This document shows, in pieces, positions 20,696-30,203 of a stretch of 64,000 nucleotides of DNA (positions are counted from its first letter, which is position 1; each line of letters opens with the position of its first letter). The notes under the pieces are model-generated. The model was not told the DNA's origin. It did no database searches and saw only the letters and a program-made list of their open reading frames with translations. The position numbers and the translations under genes were made by a program. The stretch comes from Longimicrobiales bacterium (GTDB taxonomy: Bacteria; Gemmatimonadota; Gemmatimonadetes; Longimicrobiales; Gaopeijiaceae): assembly GCA_965238005.1 (NCBI GenBank), contig OZ250165.1, positions 1,376,001 through 1,440,000 of the forward strand, written 5' to 3'.

Positions 20696-21849
20696 GCCGA
20701 CGCAGCTAGGTTTCGGATGCTCGCCACGACCGAGATGGTCGCCTCGGCAACGCGGACGATATCCTCCTCCGTCGTGGAGCGACCGAGGCTGAAACGGAGG
20801 GCCGCCACGCCGTCCATGGCGCCATATAGGGCCTCGAGCACGTGACTACCTCCCTTGCCTCCGCTCTCGCACGCCGAGCCGGCTGAGGCCGCGATCCCCT
20901 CCATGTCCAGACCGGCCAGTAGAAGCTGCGGGTCCACTCCGGGGATCCCCACGTTGAGAATGTGAGGGGCACGGCGCGCTATTTCTCCATGCACCTCGAC
21001 GTCGTCGAGCCCGTCCTGCAGGCGCACTTGGAGGCCGTCGCGCAGGGCTCGGAGCCTGGGCGCTTCGGACTCCCGCTCCCGCACCGCCAGATCCACGGCA
21101 ACGGACATGCCGACGGCGCCGGCCACATCTTCGGTTCCCGGCCGCAGTGCGTGTTCCTGCCCTCCGCCGAAGAGAAGGGGGGCCACCTCCACCCCCTCTC
21201 GTACGAAGAGCACCCCCGTGCCCTTAGCGCCGTAAATCTTGTGTCCGGTGAGGGTGAGGAGATCTGCGGGAACGGCGTCCACGCGGACGGGGACCTTACC
21301 GATGGCCTGGACCGCATCCGTGTGGAGCGTCACCCCATGCGCTCGGGTGCGCTCGGCGATCTTTTCCACGGGTAGGTGAATGCCCACCTCGTTGTTTACG
21401 GTCATCACGGACACCACGGCGGGCCGGTCCTCCAAGGCTCGCTCGAGGGCGTCGAGATCCACCGTACCGTCGGGTCGGACGGAGAGCACGGTGCGCCGCC
21501 CACCTCGCTCTGGAACCCTGGCCGACGCCTCGAGTATGGCGCGGTGTTCGATGGCGGTGATGACCACATAGGGGGACTCCCCCTTGGCCCGTACCGCCTC
21601 CGCCCGACCGAGAATCGCCAGGTTGTCCGACTCGGTGCCGCCACGGACGAAGTAGATCTCGCCTCGGCGGGCTCCCAGGGCATCGGCCACTCGCTCCCGG
21701 GCCTCCTCCAACCGAGCGGATGCTCGGCGACCCCAGGTGTGGGCACTGGACGGGTTCCCGAAGTCCTCCTGGAGAATCGGGAGCATCGCGTCACGCACTT
21801 CATCTCGGAGAGGGGTCGTGGCTGCGTTGTCGAGATAGATCGGTCGCAT
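20692..21849 (-). CDS. iscS: Cysteine desulfurase (IscS/NifS family)
   Basis: YLDNAATT, GNPSS, HTDAVQ, GHKIYG, SAGSAC; ATG at 21849. Confidence 0.93.
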   Translation of the reverse strand: MRPIYLDNAATTPLRDEVRDAMLPILQEDFGNPSSAHTWGRRASARLEEARERVADALGARRGEIYFVRGGTESDNLAILGRAEAVRAKGESPYVVITAIEHRAILEASARVPERGGRRTVLSVRPDGTVDLDALERALEDRPAVVSVMTVNNEVGIHLPVEKIAERTRAHGVTLHTDAVQAIGKVPVRVDAVPADLLTLTGHKIYGAKGTGVLFVREGVEVAPLLFGGGQEHALRPGTEDVAGAVGMSVAVDLAVRERESEAPRLRALRDGLQVRLQDGLDDVEVHGEIARRAPHILNVGIPGVDPQLLLAGLDMEGIAASAGSACESGGKGGSHVLEALYGAMDGVAALRFSLGRSTTEEDIVRVAEATISVVASIRNLAASA

Positions 21850-21970
21850 GCGTTTCCGTGAAGCGTGAAGCGAGGGGGGCCGTTTCGGCGAACCAGGGGC
21901 TCGCTGTATATTCGACAAGATACCCAATGACCCCAGGACAGTGAACCTTGATCCCAGCCCTCGACCCTCG

Positions 21971-22309
21971 ATGACCAGCACTCCACCGCCGTTTCCGGAA
22001 GGACGGCCCCCACAGTTCAGAGCTACCGTTCACGGCATGGTCTTCGCTGGCCGTGACGAACATCTGCAGAGCCTGGAAACCGGAGAGCCTCTCTACCTCA
22101 TCCCCGATCCCCCGGATCAGGAGGAGCCCGAGGTGTGGGTGCACCGTGAAGGAGGAGACCTCCTCGGGCACCTGCCCTCTGAGATCAGCTCCTGGCTGGC
22201 GCCCTGGCTCGGGAAGGGTGGGGGGGCTAAAGCCCGGGCCGTCAAGATCCACGGCTCGGAGGTGCCGAGTTGGAGAAGGTTGCTCTTGGAGGTCCGATGC
22301 CTGGTCTAG
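21971..22309 (+). CDS. Stand-alone HIRAN-domain protein
   Basis: TVHGMVF...LYLIPDP...VWV...LGHLP pattern. Confidence 0.7.
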   Translation: MTSTPPPFPEGRPPQFRATVHGMVFAGRDEHLQSLETGEPLYLIPDPPDQEEPEVWVHREGGDLLGHLPSEISSWLAPWLGKGGGAKARAVKIHGSEVPSWRRLLLEVRCLV

Positions 22310-22339
22310 TCTAGTCTAGCAGACTGACCGAGAACCTAG
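22306..22339. repeat. Cluster of four CTAG tetramers between two convergent stop codons
   Basis: CTAGT-CTAGT-CTAG at 22306-22319 plus CTAG at 22336. Confidence 0.8.
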
Positions 22340-23061
22340 AAGGTCGACACCCGGTCGCTGCCCAGCGATTCCAGGGCGACCGTTTCACGGGTCCAGTACG
22401 GTTCTCCATATGCGCATCGGATCCGCGACCCGTGGTGAGCGCACTGGACCCTCACCTGATCCAGAAGGGGACGATCGCCTCCCCCGAAAGCCTCCCCTGC
22501 CGTGGTCTTGCCCTCGAACTGGGACTCGAAGCACGCCAGGGCGGCCAGCTTCGTGTCGATGTGATCCGTGATGTCCACCACGAAGGACGGGGTAGGTGCG
22601 TCCTCACGGAACAGCAGGCTGTGGACCACCTTCGTCGGACGATGAGCCTGCCCTGGAGCCGGATAGCTCCTCAGGCCTGCGAGGAAGGACGCGTCGTATG
22701 CGAGCTGGGCGGCGACCCGGTGATCCGGGTGCCGGCCCTCGCGCCAATGGGTGACGATGACGCGGGGCCTCAGCTCGCGGATGAGCCCAACGACTCTTTC
22801 CCGGGACTCCTGGTCGTTCGCGAGACCGGAGTCACGGAGACCCGCGTTCCTTCGGACGGCCAGGCCGAGCACCTCCGCCGCTCTGGCAGCCTCCTGCTCC
22901 CTGACCTCTGGGGACCCCTGGCTGCCGCCCTCCCCACGGGTGAGGTCCAGGATCCCTACCCGGTCTCCGGCAGCTGCGGCCTTCGCCAAGGCTCCTCCGC
23001 AGTGCAGCTCCGCGTCGTCGGCGTGAGCCATGATAGCCAGGATGTCCAGGACGTCGCTCAC
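22336..23061 (-). CDS. bshB1: PIG-L family deacetylase, BshB1-like
   Basis: AHADDAE, DLTRGE, HPDH, FVVDIT, FESQF; GTG start at 23061. Confidence 0.85.
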   Translation of the reverse strand: MSDVLDILAIMAHADDAELHCGGALAKAAAAGDRVGILDLTRGEGGSQGSPEVREQEAARAAEVLGLAVRRNAGLRDSGLANDQESRERVVGLIRELRPRVIVTHWREGRHPDHRVAAQLAYDASFLAGLRSYPAPGQAHRPTKVVHSLLFREDAPTPSFVVDITDHIDTKLAALACFESQFEGKTTAGEAFGGGDRPLLDQVRVQCAHHGSRIRCAYGEPYWTRETVALESLGSDRVSTF

Positions 23062-23120
23062 GTGCGGGTGTCCTTTTCCGAGACGAAAATCTGAGTCGGG
23101 TCGAGAGGAAGAGTGCGAGC

Positions 23121-24380
23121 CTACTCGAAGCGTAGGGCATGAACCGGGTCGAGGCGCGATGCTCGGTACGCCGGGACGATACCGAAAAGGACCCCGGTCA
23201 CGATAGCCATTGCGAGGGCGGCGATCACGGCCCACACGGGTACCACCGCCGGGATCGGCGTCATGGCAGCCACGGCCTTGGCGGCGCCGGCGCCGAGAGC
23301 CATCCCGGTCGCTCCGCCGAGGAGGGTGAGCACCGCCGACTCCACCAGGAACTGCCAGAGGATCTCCCGCCGGGTCGCCCCTACTGCCTTGCGGATGCCG
23401 ATCTCCCGCGTCCGCTCCGTAACGGAGATCATCATGATGCCGATGACGCCGATCCCTCCCACGAGCAGGCCGACGGACGATAGCGCGAGCATGACCAGGA
23501 AGAATACACCGGTGAACTTGTTGAACGCCTCGATGATCTGGTCCGAGCGAAGGAGTGAGAAGTCGTTCTCCTCCGTGGGCCGGAGCCTTCGCATGGAGCG
23601 CATGGCGCCGATGACCTGATCCATGACGTCGGCCGGGGCCACCGAGTGACGGGGAACGACCCAGACCCCCGCCTGCCAGTGCGAGGCTTTCAGCCTCTTC
23701 ATGGAGGAGCTATACGGGAAGATGGCCCAGTGCTTGATGGCGGCGCTGAAGATGTTCTCCTCGTTCTGGAACACACCGACCACGGTGAAGGCCTCGTTGA
23801 CGGCCCGTCTCCCGGCGCTCACGCGGATCTTGCGGCCAATGGGATCCAGGTCACCGAACAACTCCTCTGCCAGCGGCACGGAGAGTACGACCAAGGGGCG
23901 GGACTGCCGGACCTCCTGGGGCGTGAAGTCGCGACCAACGACGAAGTACCCGGGGGTGTAGGCGGGCCATCCCGACGAATACGCGTTGGATTGAACCCCG
24001 TTCACGCGGCGGGCGTCCACCGACATGGTTGTGCTGAAGTTGAAGTTGTAGAGGGCCACCTCCACACCCGGAAGCCGGGCCAGGCGCTGCGCCTCTTCCG
24101 GCTCGACACGGGGTCGGTTCCACCAGGGGGGTCGCTGGTTGCCCGTCGAGATGCGGACGCCGGTGAAGTCGAAGCGCACCACCGCAAAGTTCTCCGGACC
24201 CGCGGTCTCGAAGCCGTCCATGATGGACTCCCGGATGCCGGTCACCATGGCCGCAATCATCATCACCACACCCACACCAATGGAGACTCCGAGGATGGTG
24301 AGGCCGGAGCGGATCTTGTTGGCCCGGATGGAGTCGAGAGCGATGGATACGCCCTCGTCCAGCGTGCTCAGACGGCTCAT
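23121..24380 (-). CDS. ABC transporter permease (MacB/FtsX family)
   Basis: RSGLTILGVSIGV, SVTERTREIGIRKAVGA, ASRLDPVHALR. Confidence 0.93.
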   Translation of the reverse strand: MSRLSTLDEGVSIALDSIRANKIRSGLTILGVSIGVGVVMMIAAMVTGIRESIMDGFETAGPENFAVVRFDFTGVRISTGNQRPPWWNRPRVEPEEAQRLARLPGVEVALYNFNFSTTMSVDARRVNGVQSNAYSSGWPAYTPGYFVVGRDFTPQEVRQSRPLVVLSVPLAEELFGDLDPIGRKIRVSAGRRAVNEAFTVVGVFQNEENIFSAAIKHWAIFPYSSSMKRLKASHWQAGVWVVPRHSVAPADVMDQVIGAMRSMRRLRPTEENDFSLLRSDQIIEAFNKFTGVFFLVMLALSSVGLLVGGIGVIGIMMISVTERTREIGIRKAVGATRREILWQFLVESAVLTLLGGATGMALGAGAAKAVAAMTPIPAVVPVWAVIAALAMAIVTGVLFGIVPAYRASRLDPVHALRFE

Positions 24381-24381
24381 G

Positions 24382-25620
24382 TCACTCGTGCCTCAGCGCG
24401 TCGATGGGATCCAGCTTGGAGGCTTGCGAAGCGGGGTAAACGCCGGAGGCAATCCCCACGATCAGTCCCAACGACACCCCCAGTGCGATCCACTTGGCAT
24501 CCACGGCCGCAGGAAGCGGCGAGAAGGTGGCCACCAGGTACGTAAGGCCGAGCCCGATGGCGACCCCCACCACCGCGCCCACGCCCGACAGGGTGATGCT
24601 CTCGATGAGCACCTGGCTGAGGATGTCACGCCGTCGGGCCCCGATGGCCTTCCGAACGCCGATCTCCCGTGTACGCTCCATGACCGACACCAGCATGATG
24701 TTCATGATGACGATTCCCCCGACCACCAGAGAGATCCCCACCAGTCCTGGGAGAGCGAGGAAGAGGATCCGCGAGATCCGGTCCCAGAAGCTCAGCGTCT
24801 CGTCGGCCGTCTCCGCTGAGAAGTTGTTCTCCTCTGCGGGTCGGAGGCGCCTTCGAGCCCGCATGATGCCCTCGATCTCGCGCTGGAGCTCTCTGAGGTC
24901 AGCCGGATCCAGAGACTGTGCCACGACATGGTCGACGATGCCCCTTGGATTCGTCACGGCTTGGATGGGTGAGCGTGCGGGGGCGATGACCCGATTGTCC
25001 AGGGAAAAGCCGAACAGGCTGCCCTGTTCCTCGAGAACACCGACGACGCGATAGGGGAATCCGCGTATGCGTACCCGGCGACCGATGGGGTCCAGCGACT
25101 CGAACAAGAGCTCGGCGGTGTCGACCCCCAGAATCACGACGGCGGTTCCTCGCTCGGCCTCCTGGGGGGAGAAAGGACGGCCCTTTTCGACCGCCAGGTC
25201 TCTGATCCGGAGGATCTCCGGCGAGACGGCCGAGATATTGACGTTCTCCACCTTCCGGCCATTGTCGGCGACGACCTCGCCGCCGGTTTCACTCTCGGCG
25301 CCGACCCTGGCCGGCACCGTGATCTGCTCCTGGACGGCCTGCCAGTCCTCGTACGTGATCCGAGGCCTCCGGAGCCGGGCTCGAGAGCCTCCACCATTGA
25401 AGGTGGGTCCGTCCGACCACCTGCGAAGGGTCACCGTATTCACGCCGAACACCACGGAGGACAGATCCTCCCGGATATAGCGGTCCATGCCTTCGACGAC
25501 GCTTACTACCACGATGAGGAATATGACGCCCACGATGACCCCCAGCAGGCTGAAGAAGCTCTTCAGCTTCTCAGTGCGGATCTGGTAGAGAGCCAGTCGA
25601 ACGCCTTCAGCGAACTGCAT
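24382..25620 (-). CDS. ABC transporter permease (MacB/FtsX family)
   Basis: IMNIMLVSVMERTREIGVRKAIGA, ASKLDPIDALR. Confidence 0.93.
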   Translation of the reverse strand: MQFAEGVRLALYQIRTEKLKSFFSLLGVIVGVIFLIVVVSVVEGMDRYIREDLSSVVFGVNTVTLRRWSDGPTFNGGGSRARLRRPRITYEDWQAVQEQITVPARVGAESETGGEVVADNGRKVENVNISAVSPEILRIRDLAVEKGRPFSPQEAERGTAVVILGVDTAELLFESLDPIGRRVRIRGFPYRVVGVLEEQGSLFGFSLDNRVIAPARSPIQAVTNPRGIVDHVVAQSLDPADLRELQREIEGIMRARRRLRPAEENNFSAETADETLSFWDRISRILFLALPGLVGISLVVGGIVIMNIMLVSVMERTREIGVRKAIGARRRDILSQVLIESITLSGVGAVVGVAIGLGLTYLVATFSPLPAAVDAKWIALGVSLGLIVGIASGVYPASQASKLDPIDALRHE

Positions 25621-25638
25621 GAATCTCCCTTCTGGTGA

Positions 25639-26937
25639 TCAGGAGGAGCCGTCGCCGCTCCCGTCGTCTTGTGCCCGCACGGCGTCTCCAGTCGAGAGCT
25701 GCCGAATCTGCTGATACGGGCCCGCAACGATGGTGTCCCCTTCGCTGACTCCGCTCAGGATCTCGAAGTGCTCCTGCCCGGTGATTCCGATCTCCACGGG
25801 TGTGAAGGTGACCTCACCGTCCACCACTAGGAACACACCCTCGACGTCGGTGTTCTGGCGGCGTCCTACAGGACCCAGTTCCCGGGCCTCCTGATTCTCG
25901 TCTTCATCGGAAGCCGTGTCATCGTCGCGGTCGCCTTCGTCCGATGCCCGCACCGTGAGGGCGATGATCGGTACGGAAAGGGCGTTCTTGCTCCTGGCCG
26001 TCACGATGTCCGCCGTCGCCGAGAGGTCGGGCCGAACGCCTCCCGGCGGATCGTCCATGGTGATGACGACCTCGAAGTCGATGGCCGCCGTCTGTCCGCT
26101 ACCGGCCGTCGAGGCGGGCGGCCGGATGGCGCTGTTCCCGATCTCGGTCACCACACCGCTGAAGAGCTGATCGGGGAAAGCGTCGAGCTCGAGGAGTGTG
26201 CTGTCACCGACCTCGACGTACGGGATATCGGTCTCGTCCACCTCCACGACCGCCTCGACCCGGGACAGCTCGCTGATGGTCAGGACCAGGCTGCCGGGGT
26301 TGTTCATGGTCCCGACGATGACGGTCTCACCCTCCTCCACATTCAATCGGGTCACCTTGCCCGAGATGGGGGCCGTGAAGATCGTCTTGCTGAGCCTCTC
26401 GCTGGCCTCCTCGAGGGAGGCGCCTGCCTGGGCCACACCGAACTGGAGGGACTCGAGTTGCCGCATGGCCAGCTCCACTTCGGTCTCGGCATCGTCGAGC
26501 TGCTGACGGGCGACCAGAACCGAGTCGGTCTCGAACAAGCTCCTGACCCTCTCGTAGTCTCTCCTCACACGCTCGAGACTGGCCTCTTGCTGTCGCCCCT
26601 GGGCGAGCGCCTGGTTCAAGGCCGCCGTCGCCCGTGAGACGGTCGCCGCGAACTGGGTCGGATCGAGGCGGAGCAGCATTTGCCCGGCCTCCACGTCGTC
26701 GCCCTCGTCGACCAGAAGCGTGACCACCTTCGCGGACACGTCGGAGCTGATGTCCACCACGCGACCTGCCCGGATGTTGCCGCTCGCCGTCACGGTCTCA
26801 ACCAGGTCCATGCGAGTCACCTCCTCGAGGCGGACCGGCACACCGCGGCCACGGCGGCGGGTCACGCTCAGGGCCGCTGCAGTGCCCAGGACCGCAACGA
26901 TTGCCAAGCCGATGATTAATTTACGATTACCGGTCAT
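25639..26937 (-). CDS. Efflux periplasmic adaptor (MacA/HlyD family)
   Basis: N-terminal TM segment, lipoyl halves (VDEGDDV / APISGKV), coiled hairpin, VDETDI. Confidence 0.92.
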   Translation of the reverse strand: MTGNRKLIIGLAIVAVLGTAAALSVTRRRGRGVPVRLEEVTRMDLVETVTASGNIRAGRVVDISSDVSAKVVTLLVDEGDDVEAGQMLLRLDPTQFAATVSRATAALNQALAQGRQQEASLERVRRDYERVRSLFETDSVLVARQQLDDAETEVELAMRQLESLQFGVAQAGASLEEASERLSKTIFTAPISGKVTRLNVEEGETVIVGTMNNPGSLVLTISELSRVEAVVEVDETDIPYVEVGDSTLLELDAFPDQLFSGVVTEIGNSAIRPPASTAGSGQTAAIDFEVVITMDDPPGGVRPDLSATADIVTARSKNALSVPIIALTVRASDEGDRDDDTASDEDENQEARELGPVGRRQNTDVEGVFLVVDGEVTFTPVEIGITGQEHFEILSGVSEGDTIVAGPYQQIRQLSTGDAVRAQDDGSGDGSS

Positions 26938-26952
26938 GGGCTGTTCGATGCC

Positions 26953-28458
26953 TTACTGTAAGCCAAGGGACCCCCCGACCACCGCCTCCAGGCTGGCCAG
27001 CGAGTCGTGGTACGCAAAGATAGCTGCGATCTGCTCGCGGTCCGCCTCGACCTTCAGAGTCTCGGCCTCCAAAAGCTCCAGGAAAGCGGCGAGGCCCACG
27101 CTGAAGCGCTCCCGGGCCAGCCGGAGCTGCTCGTCGGCGACGATCTGATTCTGGTCCTCGATCAACGCGGCCCGGTAAGCGGCTCGGACCGTAGCCAGCG
27201 TGGCCGCGATATCCGCCCGCAGGGCCAGCTCCTGCTCCCGGAGGTCGTAGTCCAGGTCTTCGAGCTGTACCTGAGCTTCCGCCACCTGGCGCTGGCGGTT
27301 GAAGCCCTGGAACAGCGGCAAGCTGATGGTTAGTGCGGCCGAGGCCGGCTGGGTGGTGAAGTCGAAGGGGAACGACCTGTTCCCGTTCTCGATACGCCGC
27401 GCGGCTTCGTCGGTGAACGCGAAGGACGAACAATCCTGAGCCGGCAACGGATCGGCCAGCCGCGCAAAGAGATCGTTGGTGAAGAGGCAGTTCTGCACGG
27501 AGCCCTGAGCCTGGGCCTCCGCCTGTTGGATTTCAAAGGCCGTACTCGAGGCCTGACGTGTGAAGCCGCTGATTCCGGCACTGAAGCTCAGGGTCGGAAG
27601 GTAGGCGCTCTTGGCCATCTTCACGCCGTAGCTGCTGGCCGACCGGCTGGCTCGAAGCGACCGAAGATTCGGGTTGCTCTCCAACCCCAGGCTGTAGAGC
27701 TCGTCCCGGCTCCAGAATGGTTCCGAGAGCACGAATGGCGTCGTGGGAACGAAGGGGCTGTCGAGGTCGACTCCCATCTGCTGGAGAAGGCGGATGCGGG
27801 CCGTCTCCAGGGCGTTCGTCGTCTTGAGCACGGTGACTTCGGCTCGCCCCGACGCCACCTCGGCCTGGGCGACGTCCACCGCGGTGGCGGCCCCCACCCC
27901 AAGCTGGGCCCGCGCGAGCCGGAGGTTGAAGCGCGCCCGCTCCCGCTGTTGCTCCGAGACGCGCACCTCCTCGCTTTGGCGGAGTACCTCGATGTAACCC
28001 TGCGTCACCTGGAAGACGAGCTCGGCTTCGGCTCCCGCCACCTGCGCCCGCGTGGCGACCCGATTCGCCTTCGCCTGGCCGGGCGCGAGAAGCGTTGTGC
28101 CGTCGATGTTGTAGCTCAGGCCCAGCTGGTAGTTCGAGAAGACGAACGATGGCTGGTCCGCGAAGCCGAGCTGCCCCGCGGTCAGGCTTCCGAACACCTG
28201 CTCACCGGCGCCTTGCCACGAGACCCTAAAGTTCGTCGAGGCCGATGGGAAGAGCGAGCCGTATGCGGATCTCACGTTCCCGTCCGCTACGGCCTCATCG
28301 TTTCGCGTCGCTTGGAAGCGGGGATTGTTCGAGCGTGCGATCTCGATGGCCTCTTCCAAGCTCAGGGTTACGGGCACGATTTCCTGCGCGGTCGCCCGAC
28401 CCGGGAAGACGAGCACCAGAGCCAGGGCGGCCCGGCCCAGGAACGATCCAGTCAACAC
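26953..28458 (-). CDS. TolC-family outer membrane protein
   Basis: LSLEEAIEIARSNNP, two OEP repeats; GTG at 28458 preceded by GGAGG. Confidence 0.9.
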   Translation of the reverse strand: MLTGSFLGRAALALVLVFPGRATAQEIVPVTLSLEEAIEIARSNNPRFQATRNDEAVADGNVRSAYGSLFPSASTNFRVSWQGAGEQVFGSLTAGQLGFADQPSFVFSNYQLGLSYNIDGTTLLAPGQAKANRVATRAQVAGAEAELVFQVTQGYIEVLRQSEEVRVSEQQRERARFNLRLARAQLGVGAATAVDVAQAEVASGRAEVTVLKTTNALETARIRLLQQMGVDLDSPFVPTTPFVLSEPFWSRDELYSLGLESNPNLRSLRASRSASSYGVKMAKSAYLPTLSFSAGISGFTRQASSTAFEIQQAEAQAQGSVQNCLFTNDLFARLADPLPAQDCSSFAFTDEAARRIENGNRSFPFDFTTQPASAALTISLPLFQGFNRQRQVAEAQVQLEDLDYDLREQELALRADIAATLATVRAAYRAALIEDQNQIVADEQLRLARERFSVGLAAFLELLEAETLKVEADREQIAAIFAYHDSLASLEAVVGGSLGLQ

Positions 28459-28711
28459 GTGAAGCCTCCGTATGATTTGGAGGGCGTATACCTTGATCAA
28501 GCGTCTCTCGGGGATCGCGGACGGCCCGCCGAGAATGCACACACGGGTCGCACCAGACCTACGCCTACCCGGGTGTGCCGGTTTCATAGGGTTCGTGATG
28601 GGCGAAACGTCCGTACCAACACTATGGCGTACGGGTCGACCGGAGAGGATCTTCACGAGCCTACCCCGCTCGCTTTTTCGGCGGTTCTGGCGAACACCCC
28701 GAAGGGGGGGC

Positions 28712-29419
28712 TCACGTCGGCGGGTCCCGCCGGACGGCTACATAGTCCTCTCCGGGAATCTCCACCCGGAGCACCCGGTTTTGACTGTCCAGCCATATCT
28801 CGTGGACGGCTCCTGCCAGGGCCAGCTGCAGGCGCTGGGCCTGGACGGTGCGGTCTCCCAGCGAGATGGGCTCCACGGAGGCCATGCGCAGCACGCCCTC
28901 CGCCTGTCCGCCCGGCCGCGGATGGATGATGGAGACGCGGGTCTCTCCGGGCCTCTGGTATGGGGCGAGGAAGAAGTAGTGGTGCGCGAGGAAGCGATCG
29001 AGGAGCACCGTGGGCGTTCGCGATGAGGGACGCCTGTACTCACGCTCCTCCACGCCTGCCTCAGAGGTCGTCTCGGCGACGAGCCTATCGCCGCGGCGCT
29101 GGAGCCGGACCTGAAGCTCTCTGGAGCCCGACACCTTCACCTGGTACGCGTCCAGGGACATCCCGACCCCCATGGTACCGAGGGCGGACTCGACGGTCTG
29201 TTTCGCGCCCTCGCGCGTGAGCTCGAGGCTCCCCTGCGCGATGACCTGCGCGTTCTCGCCGAAGCCGGAGCGGCGGATCCGGAAGCTTTCGGTCCCGACG
29301 GCACGGCCGCCGATCTCCACTAGGAATGACCCCTCGTCGAGGACGACCGCTTGAGCGGAGAGCGCGGTGGATACGGGGAGAGAGCCCACGACCAGTAGTA
29401 ACGCCGACACGAAACGCAT
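28712..29419 (-). CDS. Secreted hypothetical protein
   Basis: Signal peptide (ALSA-Q), beta-rich mature part. Confidence 0.7.
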   Translation of the reverse strand: MRFVSALLLVVGSLPVSTALSAQAVVLDEGSFLVEIGGRAVGTESFRIRRSGFGENAQVIAQGSLELTREGAKQTVESALGTMGVGMSLDAYQVKVSGSRELQVRLQRRGDRLVAETTSEAGVEEREYRRPSSRTPTVLLDRFLAHHYFFLAPYQRPGETRVSIIHPRPGGQAEGVLRMASVEPISLGDRTVQAQRLQLALAGAVHEIWLDSQNRVLRVEIPGEDYVAVRRDPPT

Positions 29420-29465
29420 GACTCGCACTACACCGGATCCCAGCGTGCGGTTCGGATGTATGGCC

Positions 29466-30203
29466 TCATGGGTCCACTGTCGATTCGTGCGAAAGCGCGT
29501 CTTCGAGAACCGTGATGTAGCGCTCGAAGACGGCTTCCCCCTTCTCTACGGTGGCCAGCGTCGGCCGCCCCACCACGCCCTGGAAGTTGGGGTGGGGTGA
29601 TGTGACCCGACCTTGAACGTACTTTCCAGAGGAGCCCGAGTGGTCTGTATAGTCTACGGCTTGGTCCATGCGGACGAGCTCGGGAGCCAGATAAAGGAGC
29701 AAGGACGTCTCCAGCTCTCCGCCGCGCTCGTGTTCGGGCCGACCCTCGACGAGGTCTCCGACCGCGATGGTCATGAGGTCCACGACTTCGGTCGTCGATG
29801 TGCTGGTGAGGGCCGTGAGGAGCGACTCCAGGTGCGGCTCGTGACGCTGAGCCGTGATCACGACCACCTCGGTGATTCCGTGGTCGTCCCAGCTCGCGAG
29901 GAGCTCGTTGATAGCACGATGGAAGGTCTTTCGGCGAAGGGTGCTTGTGCCCGGATACGGCGTCCAGTCCGGCTTTGTGAGGCCATAATGGAAAGTTGGC
30001 GCGACGACAATGCGCAGACGGCCAGAGAGGGTGAGGGCCACGCGCTCCGCGATGAGCGTGTTGGCGCCGAGTGGCAAGTGGGGTCCGTGGTGATCGAGGG
30101 CGCCTACCGGGAGAATGAGCCGCGGATCGCACTCGAGGAAAACCTCGGGCCAAGACAGGTGGTTCAGTTGATATGACCGCTCCGGATCAGCCGTCTGCTC
30201 CAT
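29466..30203 (-). CDS. Creatininase-family protein (atypical metal ligands)
   Basis: LSWPEV, LPVGALDHHGPHLPLG, GGELETS, GVVGRPTLATVEKG. Confidence 0.8.
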   Translation of the reverse strand: MEQTADPERSYQLNHLSWPEVFLECDPRLILPVGALDHHGPHLPLGANTLIAERVALTLSGRLRIVVAPTFHYGLTKPDWTPYPGTSTLRRKTFHRAINELLASWDDHGITEVVVITAQRHEPHLESLLTALTSTSTTEVVDLMTIAVGDLVEGRPEHERGGELETSLLLYLAPELVRMDQAVDYTDHSGSSGKYVQGRVTSPHPNFQGVVGRPTLATVEKGEAVFERYITVLEDALSHESTVDP

